This document shows positions 34,984 to 46,846 of a stretch of DNA of 64,000 nt, in pieces (position 1 is the stretch's first letter; each line of letters starts with the position of its first letter). The translations under genes and the position numbers were made by a program. A model generated the notes under the pieces. The model was not told the DNA's origin, did not search any database, and was given only the letters and a program-made list of their open reading frames with translations. The DNA comes from Cenococcum geophilum (Eukaryota): contig CP158636.1 of assembly GCA_050273025.1 (NCBI GenBank), positions 7,874,001 through 7,938,000 of the forward strand, in the 5' to 3' direction.

Positions 34984-36447
34984 CGTAGCCGAAATAAGTG
35001 TCGGTTTGGGGCACGTGCGCACCCACCAAAATCATGCTTCACGATCATCGTTTACAACACCATAATACAGCCAAATCAATTCAATATCGAGTTATCTGCC
35101 CGTCAGCCCTAATGCACTCATGCAGGCGCTTCGTATACCAGCTGTACATCTCTGCAATCTTCTCCTGATCCACTTAATTCTCCTAAACATCTATAAAACG
35201 CTCCAATGCTGTATCCTCCTCTTCTACGCGCTTTAAATGGAACTTCTTCTTAATAGGATGGGCTAAGGACTCTACAATTAATAGATCTGGTAATAGACTA
35301 GGCAATATTAGAAGCTTTAAGTCCCATTCCTTTGCCCAGGCTAAAGACTCCCTTAATTTATGCGCTAAATCTACATCCTAATATAAAGTAATTCCCTTAA
35401 TATTAAACTTTAAAAGAAGCCATAGCAACACCTACTTAGTGTAGGCTTTTAAGCTTATTTTGCCCACCTAGTTATCTACCTTATATAAGAAGAACTTCTT
35501 TTAGGTCCTGCTAATAATAATAAAGACATTAAACAGTTTAAGATGCTTCTTCTCTCGGGCCTTCTCCTTTTTATCCTTTTTAGTAACTCCCTTCTTTTTA
35601 TAAACATTCTGTGGTAAATAGCGGTAAAGATTACCACTCCTTCTCTTAATTCTATGGGTTTCTTCTGCACCTAAACTAAAGTGATATTCATCGTAAAAAG
35701 CAACATTATTCTAGTCCTTGGGATGGGGTCTTTTTTTTAGCTATAAATAGCACCAATTCTTCCTTTTATCTGCCTGCTCTGGGTTAAGCCACTTCTCTTC
35801 CTCCATCTTTGCATTAATATATCCTTCATCCTCTTTTATAGCTCTTTAAATTGGCTTATTTCTAAGAGGTTAGTAACCTATTCTCTAAGTTAGAACCATT
35901 AGAAGATCTTTATAATTTAGGGCCTCTTAAACAATAGTCTGCTATAGGGCTGATTTTAAGTCTTAATTAAGATTAGGGTCGTCCAAATACATAGCAATAG
36001 CGTAGGTGTCTTCCTTTATAAGGGCTTAATTTCTCCCTCTTATTTCTGGCCTAAAATTATATATAGTTCTGTATTGCTTTAAGGCTACAATACGTTACTA
36101 AGAGCGCTCAGCAATTCTAGTAGCCTGCTGTATAATAGCTGGAGGAATAGCCTTACCTAGTAATTGGCCAAAGATTTTGGCGTAGAGAACTCCTGTGCGT
36201 AGAGGAGTCTTTAGATGCTTATTTTCCCCAGCGTTGTGGTATAATTCTGGGGGTGGGGTAAAGTGTTTGGCCCGCATCTTTCGGGATGCAGGCTCCTTAG
36301 TGACTCGGGTCATAATTGGTAATTACACCAAACGAATTTAGGTGCGAAATGGTGGTGTCGTGAGGTTTATTATGATTGAGGCATGCTTAGGGGCTTTGTT
36401 TGGGTGGGGCGTGCACGTGCCCTAAACCGACACTTATTTCGGCTACG
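34984..36447 (-). mobile_element. Tc1/mariner-family DNA transposon, RIP-mutated
   Basis: TIRs CGTAGCCGAAATAAGTGTCGGTTTRGGGCACGTGC; TA TSD; transposase from ATG 36313 with relic motifs FYDEYHF, LY*DVDLAH and LPSLLPDLLIVE. Confidence 0.9.
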
Positions 36448-36845
36448 TAGAGGACGTGTTCGGCTATCTGGCTGAAGCGTGTAGCATTCATTTAAGAATC
36501 TTATGTAGAAGAATGGGTTATGGTGAGCAAGATTGGTGGCGATAGTATCTCAGGCTCAGTGACACGTGAAAGCCGGGCTGGAAAATCTCTTGAGCCCATG
36601 CTTGCTGCAAGGGAGTTCTTATTGGCAGCATCTTAGAAATCTCCGAATCTCTCTACTACAACAATACTCATCTTAGTAATTTGAGGTGGACGGTCGAGAA
36701 GAGAAATCGGTAAGCCCGATGTATAAGAACAGGTATTGGCGATACATACCGTAAGTCTGGTTGTTTCGATTGTTCCGAATTATTGGTATTACTTTGCATT
36801 TTGATTCGTAGTGTTTTGTGCAGGTGATATGATCAGGGATGCTCT

Positions 36846-38600
36846 TCACACCCTCCAAACTGCATCTGCCATTTTAGCCACCTTTCCCATTTCTTCAACA
36901 TCATGCACCCGAACAATGTCTGCTCCTCCCTGTATTGCTGCACTTATAGCTGCAGCTGTTCCCCACGTCCTCTCTCGCGCTTCTTTAACGCCAGTGATTT
37001 TTCCCACAAATGATTTCCTACTTGCGCCAATAAGCCAGGGAATGCCGTGTAGTCCAGGGAAGTTCCTAAGATCGCCTAGTCTCCGAAGAAGTTCAAGATT
37101 CTGCTCTTGCATTTTAGCAAATCCAATGCCTGGGTCCAGAATGATTCGCCAGCGGCGGATGCCCGCTTTTTCGGCTGCTTGAACATGATTCAAGAGTTCT
37201 CGTCCTACGGTCTCGACAACCCCATCCGGATAAGAGACCAACCTATTCATCGTCTCAGGAGTTCCTCGCATGTGCATTAAGCAAACGGTACAGCCTAATC
37301 TAGCAACGGTGGCCAGCATGTCTGGATCTAAATTGCCTGCGCTAACGTCATTCACGATATCAGCACCGGCCTTAATGGCTGCCTCTGCAACATCTGCTCG
37401 ATAAGTGTCTACACTAATAGCGATGTTTTCGGCTTCTGGAAGAGAGCGGATAAGTTTGATTGCTGGTAGAATGCGTGATAGTTCTTCTGCGCCCGTCACT
37501 TGAACAGCGCTGGGTCGCGTAGATTGACCACCTACATCGATAATAGTAGCTCCAGCTTCGATGTGGGAGTAAATGGTCCTTTCGAGAGTTGAAAGATCGG
37601 ATGTAGAATGCATACCACCATCTGAGAAAGAGTCAGGTGTTAAATTAAGAATAGACATGACATGTGTTTTGCGGCATGCATGGTGAGCTGTGATAGGCGG
37701 AAGTGTGCGGGAAAGCGGGGTGAGTGATGAAGGCGGATCGCCTGAGCGTGGTAGCTGCTTTAGATGATCCAAAAGTGAGACTTGCGGATGTGGTAGAGGA
37801 AGGCTTTCATTGGGGATCAATCTATCATCTAATGAGCGTTGTCATGAATAGTGAAGTGGGTTACTAACTCGCATAGTGGTCTCAGAACGAATTCGCGCTC
37901 GAGCATAAGCCGATGCGGGATCTGAAGTCTCTCATTTGAAAAGGTAGTATCGTCATATAGGAGGATGTCAAGATCAATATTCCGGGGCCCCTTATCGATC
38001 AATTTGACTCTTCCTAGGTGGTTCTCAATGGATTGAAGCCTATCGAGCAGCTCTATTGGACTCAAAGATGTTTTAATCTGGAAGGCTCCATCAAAATCAA
38101 AGCCTCAACCCTCAATTCTCTGAGAAGCGAATATAAAACAATGAAATGGTTGTTTAACTCACTTTGCAAGCGCTGTTTATGAAGTTTCCTTGGTCTAGTA
38201 CATACATGGCTTTTGTCTCCCATAGACTACTGGTTCTCACGATGCGGATATCGCCTTTCACTTCCATCTCCTTACAAGCCCCTTCAATCATCGCAATCCT
38301 GTCGCCGAGATTACTCCCAAGCGCAATGAAGGCCCGGTGTTCTCCTTGGGGGCCGTTATTAGGGATCTGGCTATAATTCGCTATCTTGAAGCGGACAGGA
38401 GACATTCTGTAACCGTTGTTCCGAGAAGAAGTATGAGTACCTGTGGTTGAAGAGCTATGGTGGCGTTGTGAAGGAAGAAATATTGTGCGAGACGTGTTGA
38501 TTACCTTTTCGGACAAGTCTGGACTCTGTTTGGGCGGGAACGCCAAGAGATTACGGTTCCTTGATGGTGATACGTATCTGGAAACATTCCAGGATTTCAT
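36846..38600 (-). CDS. FOL1: Bifunctional HPPK / dihydropteroate synthase (folic acid synthesis protein)
   Basis: Exons ~38600-38163, 38077-37869 and 37821-36846; HPPK motifs AFIALGSNLGDR and GPRNIDLDILLY; DHPS motifs ILNLTPDSFSDGG, ILDPGIGFAK and SRKSF. Start codon uncertain; no DHNA domain seen. Confidence 0.93.
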
Positions 38601-38722
38601 TGGCGTCTTTCTGTTATCCACTTACCGTCAAATTCTTCATGGTTGAAGGTCGATAAAAATCTTTTTCATTCTGGAATACGGGTGGAAAAGATGCAAACAG
38701 AATGCAAACCAGCCAAGCCAAA

Positions 38723-38770
38723 AGAAGTCAGTGCCACCTCGTGCACGGTTCCACCTCGGCACTGACTTCT
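38723..38770. promoter_or_regulatory. Perfect 13-bp inverted repeat in the divergent FOL1/NMO intergenic region
   Basis: AGAAGTCAGTGCC-N22-GGCACTGACTTCT; function unproven. Confidence 0.4.
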
Positions 38771-39174
38771 ATCGCCGGTGCCTCGGTATAATTCGAAGTC
38801 CACCGAATTCCTTTAGATACTCCTTCTAGTTATGGGCATTGAGCTATGTAACAAAGGCTATAGAGGATTACAATTAATCATTAAGTGAGTGAAGGCCTTA
38901 TCAAGACAACTATAAAGCTACCCCATGTATTTAATTGTGGAGTGCTTCGATATCTCGTCCCAATATGTTTTGTTAGCATCGACTAAAACAGGTCGCGCCG
39001 CGGCTCTTCTGGAGCTGAACCAGCCGCCAGACTCCACTCGCCACCCTTCAAAAGCACACTCTCCCCCATCTCCATTGTTCTCTTCACACCCACCTGCAAA
39101 CCTCTCCCTCTCCTCATATACTCTGTTATTATTTGTCTCCCTCATACATAGGACTAAATTCTATTCCGACCACC

Positions 39175-40476
39175 ATGGCTTCTCCACGTACGTTGCTTCT
39201 CACTATCACATGCGTCATATCACATGCATCACCATTCCCTACTGTTTGGCTTTGTTGCTAACAATCAAGTAGAGCAAATCCGCACAACTGTCACTGACCT
39301 TCTAAAGATCAACCACCCCATTCTCCTTGCTGGTATGAACGTCGCTGCAGGCCCAAAGCTTGCCGCTGCCGTCACAAATGCAGGTGGTTTAGGTGTCATT
39401 GGTGGTGTGGGGTACACACCTGATATGCTACGGGAACAGATCGCAGAGCTAAAGAGCTTCCTGAAAGACAAGAATGCCCCATTCGGTGTGGATCTGCTGC
39501 TACCTCAGGTCGGTGGAAGCGCGCGGAAGACAAAGTAAGCTCATTTATCTTACTCCTCGAAACGCAGATAATGCCTCGGCATCTTTACGATCATCAATGA
39601 TTACTATTTGCGCATTCTTACTCTTGATTTCGACTTGAGGGACAAGCTATTACTGACACTTGCATGTGAAACAGCTATGACTACACCAAGGGCAAGCTTG
39701 ACAAACTCGTCGACATAATCATCGACTCTGGGGCCAAGCTATTCGTCTCCGCCGTTGGCGTACCGCCAAAGGCTGTCGTTGATCGCCTTCACAAGGCCGG
39801 CGTCCTGTACATGAACATGATCGGACACCCAAAGCACGTTAAGAAGTGCCTTGATATTGGCGTCGATATCATCTGCGCACAAGGCGGCGAGGGTGGTGGC
39901 CACACAGGCGATGTCCCAACTTCAATCCTGATCCCTACCGTCGCGGAGATGGTTAAGGGACACAAGTCGCCCATGACTGGCGCTCAGGTGCAGATAATTG
40001 CTGCAGGTGGTCTCTTCAATGGCCAGTCTCTCGCAGCAGCCCTCATGCTCGGCGCCTCGGCGGTCTGGATTGGTACCCGCTTCGTTCTGTCAGAGGAAGC
40101 CGGAGCACCGAAAGCACACCAAGAAGCTGTTCGCACCGCAGGTTTCGATGACAATGTGCGCACCATTATCTTTACTGGTCGACCACTTCGCGTCCGTATG
40201 AACCCTTATATTCAGAACTGGGAGGAGAACAGGCAAAACGATATTAAGGAGCTTACAGAAAAGGGCGTCATTCCTGTTGAGCATGACCTCGAGAAGATGG
40301 GTGATGACATTGATGATGATACAATGGATAGCGCGCGCCCGTTCTTAATGGGCAAGGCTGCAGCCGTAGTTAACGAGAAAAAGAGCGCGAAAGCTATTGT
40401 AGATGAGATGGTTGGAGATGCCGTTGTTTGGATGCAGAAAGGAAACTCTTATATTGTGTCAAAGCCAAGGTTGTAG
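39175..40476 (+). CDS. Nitronate monooxygenase (2-nitropropane dioxygenase family)
   Basis: Exons 39175-39187, 39273-39534 and 39675-40476; motifs HPILLAGM, AAAVTNAGGLGVIG, AQGGEGGGHTG, IIAAGG and AVWIGTRF. Confidence 0.93.
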
Positions 40477-40626
40477 GGTTGTACATGTACAGACTGGGTT
40501 GTAATTTATCACTGAACATTTATGCATTTAGTGTCCACTTTATGAGTACAGATATTTCTTGTAGATTTTTGAGATTAGAAGGTATTTCGTTGTCTTTTAC
40601 TGAACGCTAAAACACTGATAATATTT

Positions 40627-41456
40627 CAATACCATCCCATCTTCACCCTTGCTTTCAACTCCACAGTCTCGTACAGCGCGGCCTCCTACGAAGGCCCAAA
40701 TAACGCAGACGTCGAACTCTTCGCCCGCAGCTCCAGCATGCTCGCACAATCTAGTCATCTAGTCAGCGCCTTAACTTTTGGACTAGCAGAACTACGTCTG
40801 AAGGAACTCGCTTCTTCCAAGAAACGGTTGCATCGACTGCTACAGGAATGAAGATCAAGCTCTATCTCATCCACGGTGCAACATCTAGCGGTGTATTAGG
40901 CATTAATGCAAATAGTGCGACGGAGTTCGTCACCTAACCTTTTAACGCGGACAAAAGCGCTATTGCGGCCTTCATCGATGAATTGATAGCCTCTTCACAG
41001 AATTCTTCACTTCTAGGTTACAGCTCCTTGACCAACGCAACCGGCGCGCAACTCGTTGCCAACGGAGATTACGTGACGGGCAGTCATTATGTCGATACAG
41101 CTATGCTTGGCACAGAGAACGATGGCAACCCGGTCGTTGACCTTAAAAAGTATTGGGCACTAACAACCTATTCGTGGTGGATGTAAGCATTCATCCAGAC
41201 TTGCCGACGGGAAATACTCGGGCTATGGTCATAGTCGTCGCCGAGAAGGTTGCTAAACGTATCCTTGCCCTCTCCGCTGGGTCAACCTCCACTGCAGGAG
41301 CGAGCAGCATCTCTTCCATGATTTCAGCGAGCGCAACGAGTCCGGTCGTCACGCTGCCCGGCGGAACAGGCGGCCCGCTTTCAACTGGAGCAGCTTCGTC
41401 AGTCTCTGCTGTCCCGGCGGCCCTGGCACCTGTGTCTTCGAAAGCTGCAGCATTAA
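40627..41456 (+). pseudogene. GMC oxidoreductase / cellobiose dehydrogenase-like C-terminal relic
   Basis: HPIFTL..., GSHYVDTAMLG, VVDL, then a frameshift to GTNNLFVVDVSIHPDLPTGNTRAMVIVVAEKVAKRILAL and an S/T/A linker; N-terminus absent; cut by a solo LTR. Confidence 0.8.
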
Positions 41457-41626
41457 TGTCGACCCGAATCGCACTTGCTTGTTACCGTCTTACCACTGTC
41501 TCAGTTACCTACCTTGACTCGGTGACCGACTTAGTCTACTACCCCTCTACCGTTCTCATGTATATATAGAGGCTCTAGAGCCACATTCAATAGACAGAGT
41601 CCTCATCATTCATTGTCCGTTCGACA
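41457..41626. mobile_element. Solo LTR
   Basis: TGTCGA...TCGACA, 170 bp, TSD ATTAA; 3' part (TTCAATAGACAGAGTCC) shared with the 16.6-kb and 34.2-kb LTRs. Confidence 0.88.
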
Positions 41627-42904
41627 ATTAACTCCTCGGTCAAATGTTACAAAGCGTCCGCAGCGCCCCAGTCAACCTTATCACGGGCCGCTCAGGAATA
41701 TTCCTCGATGGGTGAGGGACGAGAATTTGGACTACGGGCTCGAAGCTAGCCGATGAAGCGGTAGGAAGTCACAGGAGCTTCCGCCATGGTTGGGGTTTAT
41801 CGTGATAATTTTCTGTGATTGCGTGGGCGACGTGGTGTGCGCTGCATATGATTTTATGAGAGCCGGGAGAGGCCATCCAGGTGCGGATTGGCTAGGACCG
41901 GGGAGGAGGGTTGGGAGGTAAGCGGGGTTGACGGAAGGAATAGGAAAGTTCTGGGAGTTGATGAAGGCGCTATGGTGGATTGACCGGCGTTCCGTGAAGT
42001 ATGGGACATTGTGACGAATGTGTGGAAGAGAGGACGAGCAAGAGAGGACTGGTTAGAATCCTTCCGGTCAATTGGCCAGAAACAAACGCAGTTTGAGCCC
42101 TCTTTACTTATTGATTTAAAAAAAAGTCGTGTCTTTGAGGCATACATGTTTTCTTCCCAGTTTTGGCGTGTATCCTCGAAAGTGAAGAACGTTAAGGGGT
42201 TGTTCGGTTGCACCTCCGTTACGAATATGGAGGCTCCATATTGTAACGGAACCGGAGCTAAATATGAATATGAGTCTGTTGTTCGGTAGATCTGACGACT
42301 TTTGAATATGGAGCTCCTCCATATCGGTAAGCGCGTCAAATTTGCAAGCTATACTGTATACGGTAGTTAAAATGAGGTTCTTGGCACCGTTTCAATATGT
42401 AGCCTTCGAGCTCCCGTTCCATATTCCATATCAATCTGGAGCTCTCGTATGCACGACTTCTTGTAATATGGCGACTCCACACAGCCCGATCGCAATACTG
42501 CTGTCGCATTTGCAAGCCTTATATAATGTTATTATCTTATTAGACGCGCATTCCTGTGCGCCGCAGGCGTCGCGGGCGTCGCGGGCGTCGCTGGAACTCT
42601 ACTACGGCTCCTACGGGAGGTAGACGAAGGTGTAGAAAGCGTCGGTCGCAGAGAGGGCGTTGGCCGAGGAGGCTCCATTAATACACCAAAGTAGGGAGTC
42701 GTAATAGAGGCCTTGTGGCAGAGACAGGCTGACTCGCATCGCTTACCGACGTTAATCACGCATTCTGCGAAGTCAAATCTGGAGCCTCATCTGGAGCCAC
42801 CGAACAATCGCCTTTATTACAGATTCAAACGAACCACGGTGGTAGCCGCCACTAATTACAGAACGGGCGACACTAAAAGGCGCACGGATTGAACAGTTAT
42901 GAGA

Positions 42905-43009
42905 TGGAGCCGATTTGCAACCGAACATACCCTTAAAAAGTATATAGATTAGATGCACGATCGCTGCGAGGTTGTGATTCTTGCAAATGGAGGCCATACG
43001 AAAGAGTGA
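42905..43009 (+). mobile_element. Tc1-like transposase C-terminal relic
   Basis: YID*MHDRCEVVILANGGHTKE* resembles the typical SMPxRxxAVIxAxGGxTKY ending. Confidence 0.45.
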
Positions 43010-43654
43010 ATTGTACATAGAAATCGTATAGAGTTGCATCAAGTGCAGATACCCCTATTGCGCACGGGCACTGACAAGGAGGGCGTCGTACCCCTTGTAC
43101 AGGTATTTCACGCGCGACATGGCTTTCGAAGCTCCCTTCGGATGGGCATTCGCCTCCGCCAAGGGAGCTGACGAAGTCCTACAGAAAAAGGAAGAATGGA
43201 AGAAGTGGCTAGACCCGACCCGTTGTGACCTCTACTTCGCCTTCATAGAGTCCTATTTCTTCAAGCACCCCCTTTTGATTTGAAGCCTTTGTTCATGATC
43301 CTTGCTCAAACAAAGAGTTTGCAGTCTTTGTAGTGTGTATTACTGTACGATTTTCAAGATTACTAGGGTGCTCGGGTTAAGGCGCAATGTACTATGCTGT
43401 AAGCTAAGGTTTCAACTTCTGCCGCTTTCTCGCTTATATAGGAATCTCGCTACACATAACGTAGCTGATAGGGTTATGACGGTGGGATAGTTATGACGGT
43501 GCGTTTGGTAGGACCCCCTACAAGCGCATTGACAATGTCCAGAACTTCGGCCAGGGGCCTACCGCCTTTCTAATGGCTCTACTTCTTACCCGGTTAGGCG
43601 TATTTCCAGTTTAAAGTTATTGCTCAGCAGCGTATTAAAGGGGGAGTTACGTGG

Positions 43655-43765
43655 GGCTCTGCACGATGCCTGTCGAAGCTCTATCGAAGCTCTATCGAAG
43701 CTCTGTCGAAGCTCTATCGAAGCTCTACACGAAGTCCTGAACGAAGCTCTACAAAAGCTCTATGC
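43655..43765. repeat. GAAGCTCT-based minisatellite related to the array at 1-207
   Basis: Units GAAGCTCTATC, GAAGCTCTGTC and GAAGCTCTACAC. Confidence 0.8.
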
Positions 43766-43998
43766 TACCTTAGCAACGCTGCCCACCCTTATAACCCTAT
43801 CAACTACGTCACTATGGCTCTAAAATATTTCTCGTCTTTTTTCCGAAGGCCTCGGGGTTTCCCGCCGATCTCTAGGAGACACATCGACAAACTAAGAGCC
43901 TCTCAACACCTCTTTAAACCTGAGGATAAGAATAACTTAGTGGTCAATAAATTAGATATTCAGCCATCGTTGGTGAGTGTCTAGTAAAACCATCTTTT

Positions 43999-45123
43999 AT
44001 GAAGGCGCTGCTCACAGACTTGGTATAGATCGGTACACGAGCGTACATATACAAACCACTTAGGAATAATTATATTCGCTTGCTACATTTAGAGCCTGGA
44101 AATTTCGGAGATTCCCTACAAGGCCAACTTATTCACTATACACATCGCGCTTCTACACGAGCATATGAAGCACTATCATACTGTTGGGGTAACCCTAGAC
44201 AAATTTCAAAAAATGGACTTTATATCAAGGGCGATAATGGCGAAATTAATTGCATTCCTATTACACCAAATCTTGAGGACGCTCTTCGTCATTTGCGTTC
44301 TCCTCACCTTACGCGAACTCTTTGGGTTGACGCTATTTGCATTAATCAGCAACATTTGGCGGAGAAGACAAGACAAATTGCTCGGATGAGTAAAGCTTAT
44401 GAAGGGGCGTCGCGTGTCCTAGTTTGGCTTGGACATGCGAACGAGACCACTGCCTATGGAATGGATATTCTGCAGTATATCATAAATAGGCCAGATCGAA
44501 CCTTTGCGCCACCCTGGGCAGCGGAGGTACGATCATCTCCTATGGGTTTATTTTGAGCAGGCATCATCGATCTCCTTTCCAGACAATGGTTCGAACGGAC
44601 CTGGGTTGTGCAAGAAACTACACTTGCGCATATCGTCACCATTATATGTGGCAATGAAACAGTATCCTGGCCAGCATATGATGTAGATATTCTCCGAAGG
44701 ATACGAAAATTGGCCCAATTTTCCGTGGTATCACCAAAATGGGCCCAGGCCGGTCTTTCGGATGCCACCCTTGATCCTTTTATCTCCATCTTAGAGAGGC
44801 AGCTTATCCACCGGAACTCTGCATTGAGTCACGGAAACTTTTTAGACCAAAATCAGGGGGATCTTCTAGACCATATGTACGACACGCGCCATAAGCATAC
44901 ATCAAATCCTCACGACAAGATATATGCTCTCCAAAGCATTGTAAAATACACTCCCACCGGCTTACCTTTTCGGCCGGATTACTCGCAATCTGTTGAGAAA
45001 ACGTATGATAGGCTTTATGCGGAATTCCGGTTGTGGAACAATACCACTGCTTTGTACCCGCCCCGTTCAGAGAACGCCGGAAGTGTAGGAATAGGAGGCC
45101 ATCAAGTGTCATGGTTGCAATAA
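43999..45123 (+). pseudogene. HET-domain (het-6-like heterokaryon incompatibility) gene with in-frame stops
   Basis: One frame: YKPL...IRLLHL, YEALSYCWG, LWVDAICINQ, EKTRQIARM, VLVWLG, QWFERTWVVQE, HDKIYAL; stops TAG 44026 and TGA 44554. Confidence 0.88.
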
Positions 45124-45329
45124 TAATAGTATTTGTTATACAGGGTGTATTGGCTTTTATATTTATGTTAACAGTAAAACCAGATAGGGCTTTGCGCGGG
45201 GGTATTGTGGTAGTGTGATTTGGCCCCCTGAATACAACATCTAGATTGGGCATAGGTTAGTTACATAGATGGGCCCGTAGCCTCAGAGTCTTCAACAACT
45301 CAGACAGGACAGACAGACAGGACAGAAAG

Positions 45330-46620
45330 ATAATTTCTCCTTCAATACATCTTCTTTTCTTTTCTTCTTCTTTATTTTTATTTTTTTATATATCCATTGT
45401 ATTATACTACGTACAATACTACGCATACAGCCTCTAGGCTATAGCGCTATAGTTCTATATATATAAATCCTTTCTAGACAACTTAATATATCCTAATAGC
45501 TATATCTTGGTAGTTTATAAACCTCTAGATTGGGGGTTTACTACTCCCTAGTAAAGCTAGATTGCTAATAACTACTAAATAGTAAGAAAACGGTAAAAAT
45601 GCAAGACTATAAGAAATCCTAACGCCTATCCCTATCCTATTTATAATTTATTTCTATTCTTTTACTTACTAATATCTATTTACTAGGAGCCTAGTAGGGA
45701 TTACCCTCTTTTAAAAATCTTACTACTATTAGCTACTTTCTAATAGCTATTTCTATCCGATTTAGAAATAGAAAAAGCGGCTTTCTTTCTTTTTTTATAT
45801 AAAATAACATCTTTAGAGAGAGAGAGAAGACTAGATACCTTTGTATTTCTTCTCTCTCCTCTATAAAGATTATATTCTAGTAGTAAGTACCTAAGAGTTT
45901 ATATAGCTCTATATTCCCTAAAACATTTACCTTCTTTATCTTTCCCTATTACTTTAGAAAGGATTTAAAATACCCTTTTAGCATATCTATCCTTAAGGGC
46001 TTTAAGAGAAAAGGAGTAGCTTCTTTTATAGATTCTAATATAGTGTTTCCCTTTATTTTTGTTCTATTATAAATTGTTTTTCTACTATTTTAGTATCTTT
46101 TCTCTTGCTACTCTCCCTATATAGGCTAAAGAGGTATAAAAAGAATATATTTTTCTTCTAAAAAGGCCCTTTTTAGCTAACTAATTTACTATTTTATTTC
46201 CGTATATTTCTATATAACTAGGAACCTAATAGAAGTTAATAAAGATATTTTATTAGCTAAATAGGAACAACTTTAAGTAATTTTATAGACTAGTTCTTAT
46301 CCTCCTATAAGAGAATTAAGCTATAATCTTTTAATAGCTACCTAACTATCTATAAAGATATAGACCTATTTATCTTTTAGTCTTTATTATTTTAAGTATT
46401 CTAGGGTCCTATAGACTGTATAAAGCTCTATATTTATTAGCATTTTATTAAAGTACTAAGATCCTATTAGTAATATAAGGTAATATACCACTCGACTAGC
46501 ATAATAAATATTAATTCTCCTTACTTACTATTGCTATTATAATATAAGTCTTGCTATCCTAAAATTTGCTTCTTAATATATAGTGCTTTCTTACTTAAGA
46601 GTTATAAGTAGATATCTTAT
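45330..46620 (-). mobile_element. LINE (Tad1-like) 3' relic with RNase H domain, heavily RIPed
   Basis: Relic motifs NIELYTVYRTL, VYIFIDS*VAIKRL and F(Y)*VPSYIEIYGNKIVN*LAKKG correspond to AELxA, IFxDSQAA and WVPGHxxIxGNExADxLAK; boundaries approximate. Confidence 0.65.
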
Positions 46621-46846
46621 TAGGAGGGCCGCTAAGGCGCTAGTAGTAAGTAAGCTAATAGCGATTTTCTATCCTAGGGATGGAAAATCCTTATTAGCTA
46701 ATTTAAGTTAGGGTCTTTAAAATATTATACTTCTACTCCCTTTTAACCTAACCTTTAACTTATATATATAGAGTATTTATATTAATAAATGTCTCTAGTG
46801 CCTTATTTGGGTTCGCCTTTATTATTATATCTACTAGTAGGTTATC

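Noticed and set aside
38590..38640. Upstream ATG plus GTAAGT as a FOL1 first exon
   Set aside because: The nearest plausible acceptor gives an out-of-frame product ending in a stop; left unresolved
41854..43283. ORFs 41854-42339 and 43095-43283 as genes
   Set aside because: Non-ATG starts and no family I can recognise; possibly relics, but unsupported
44527..44560. GT...AG that might splice out the HET TGA
   Set aside because: Only 34 nt, no clear branch site, and removal would shift the frame away from the WFERTWVVQE motif
18000..45300. Starship-like giant element or biosynthetic gene cluster
   Set aside because: No tyrosine-recombinase captain or backbone enzyme is visible; the intact genes are unrelated housekeeping functions
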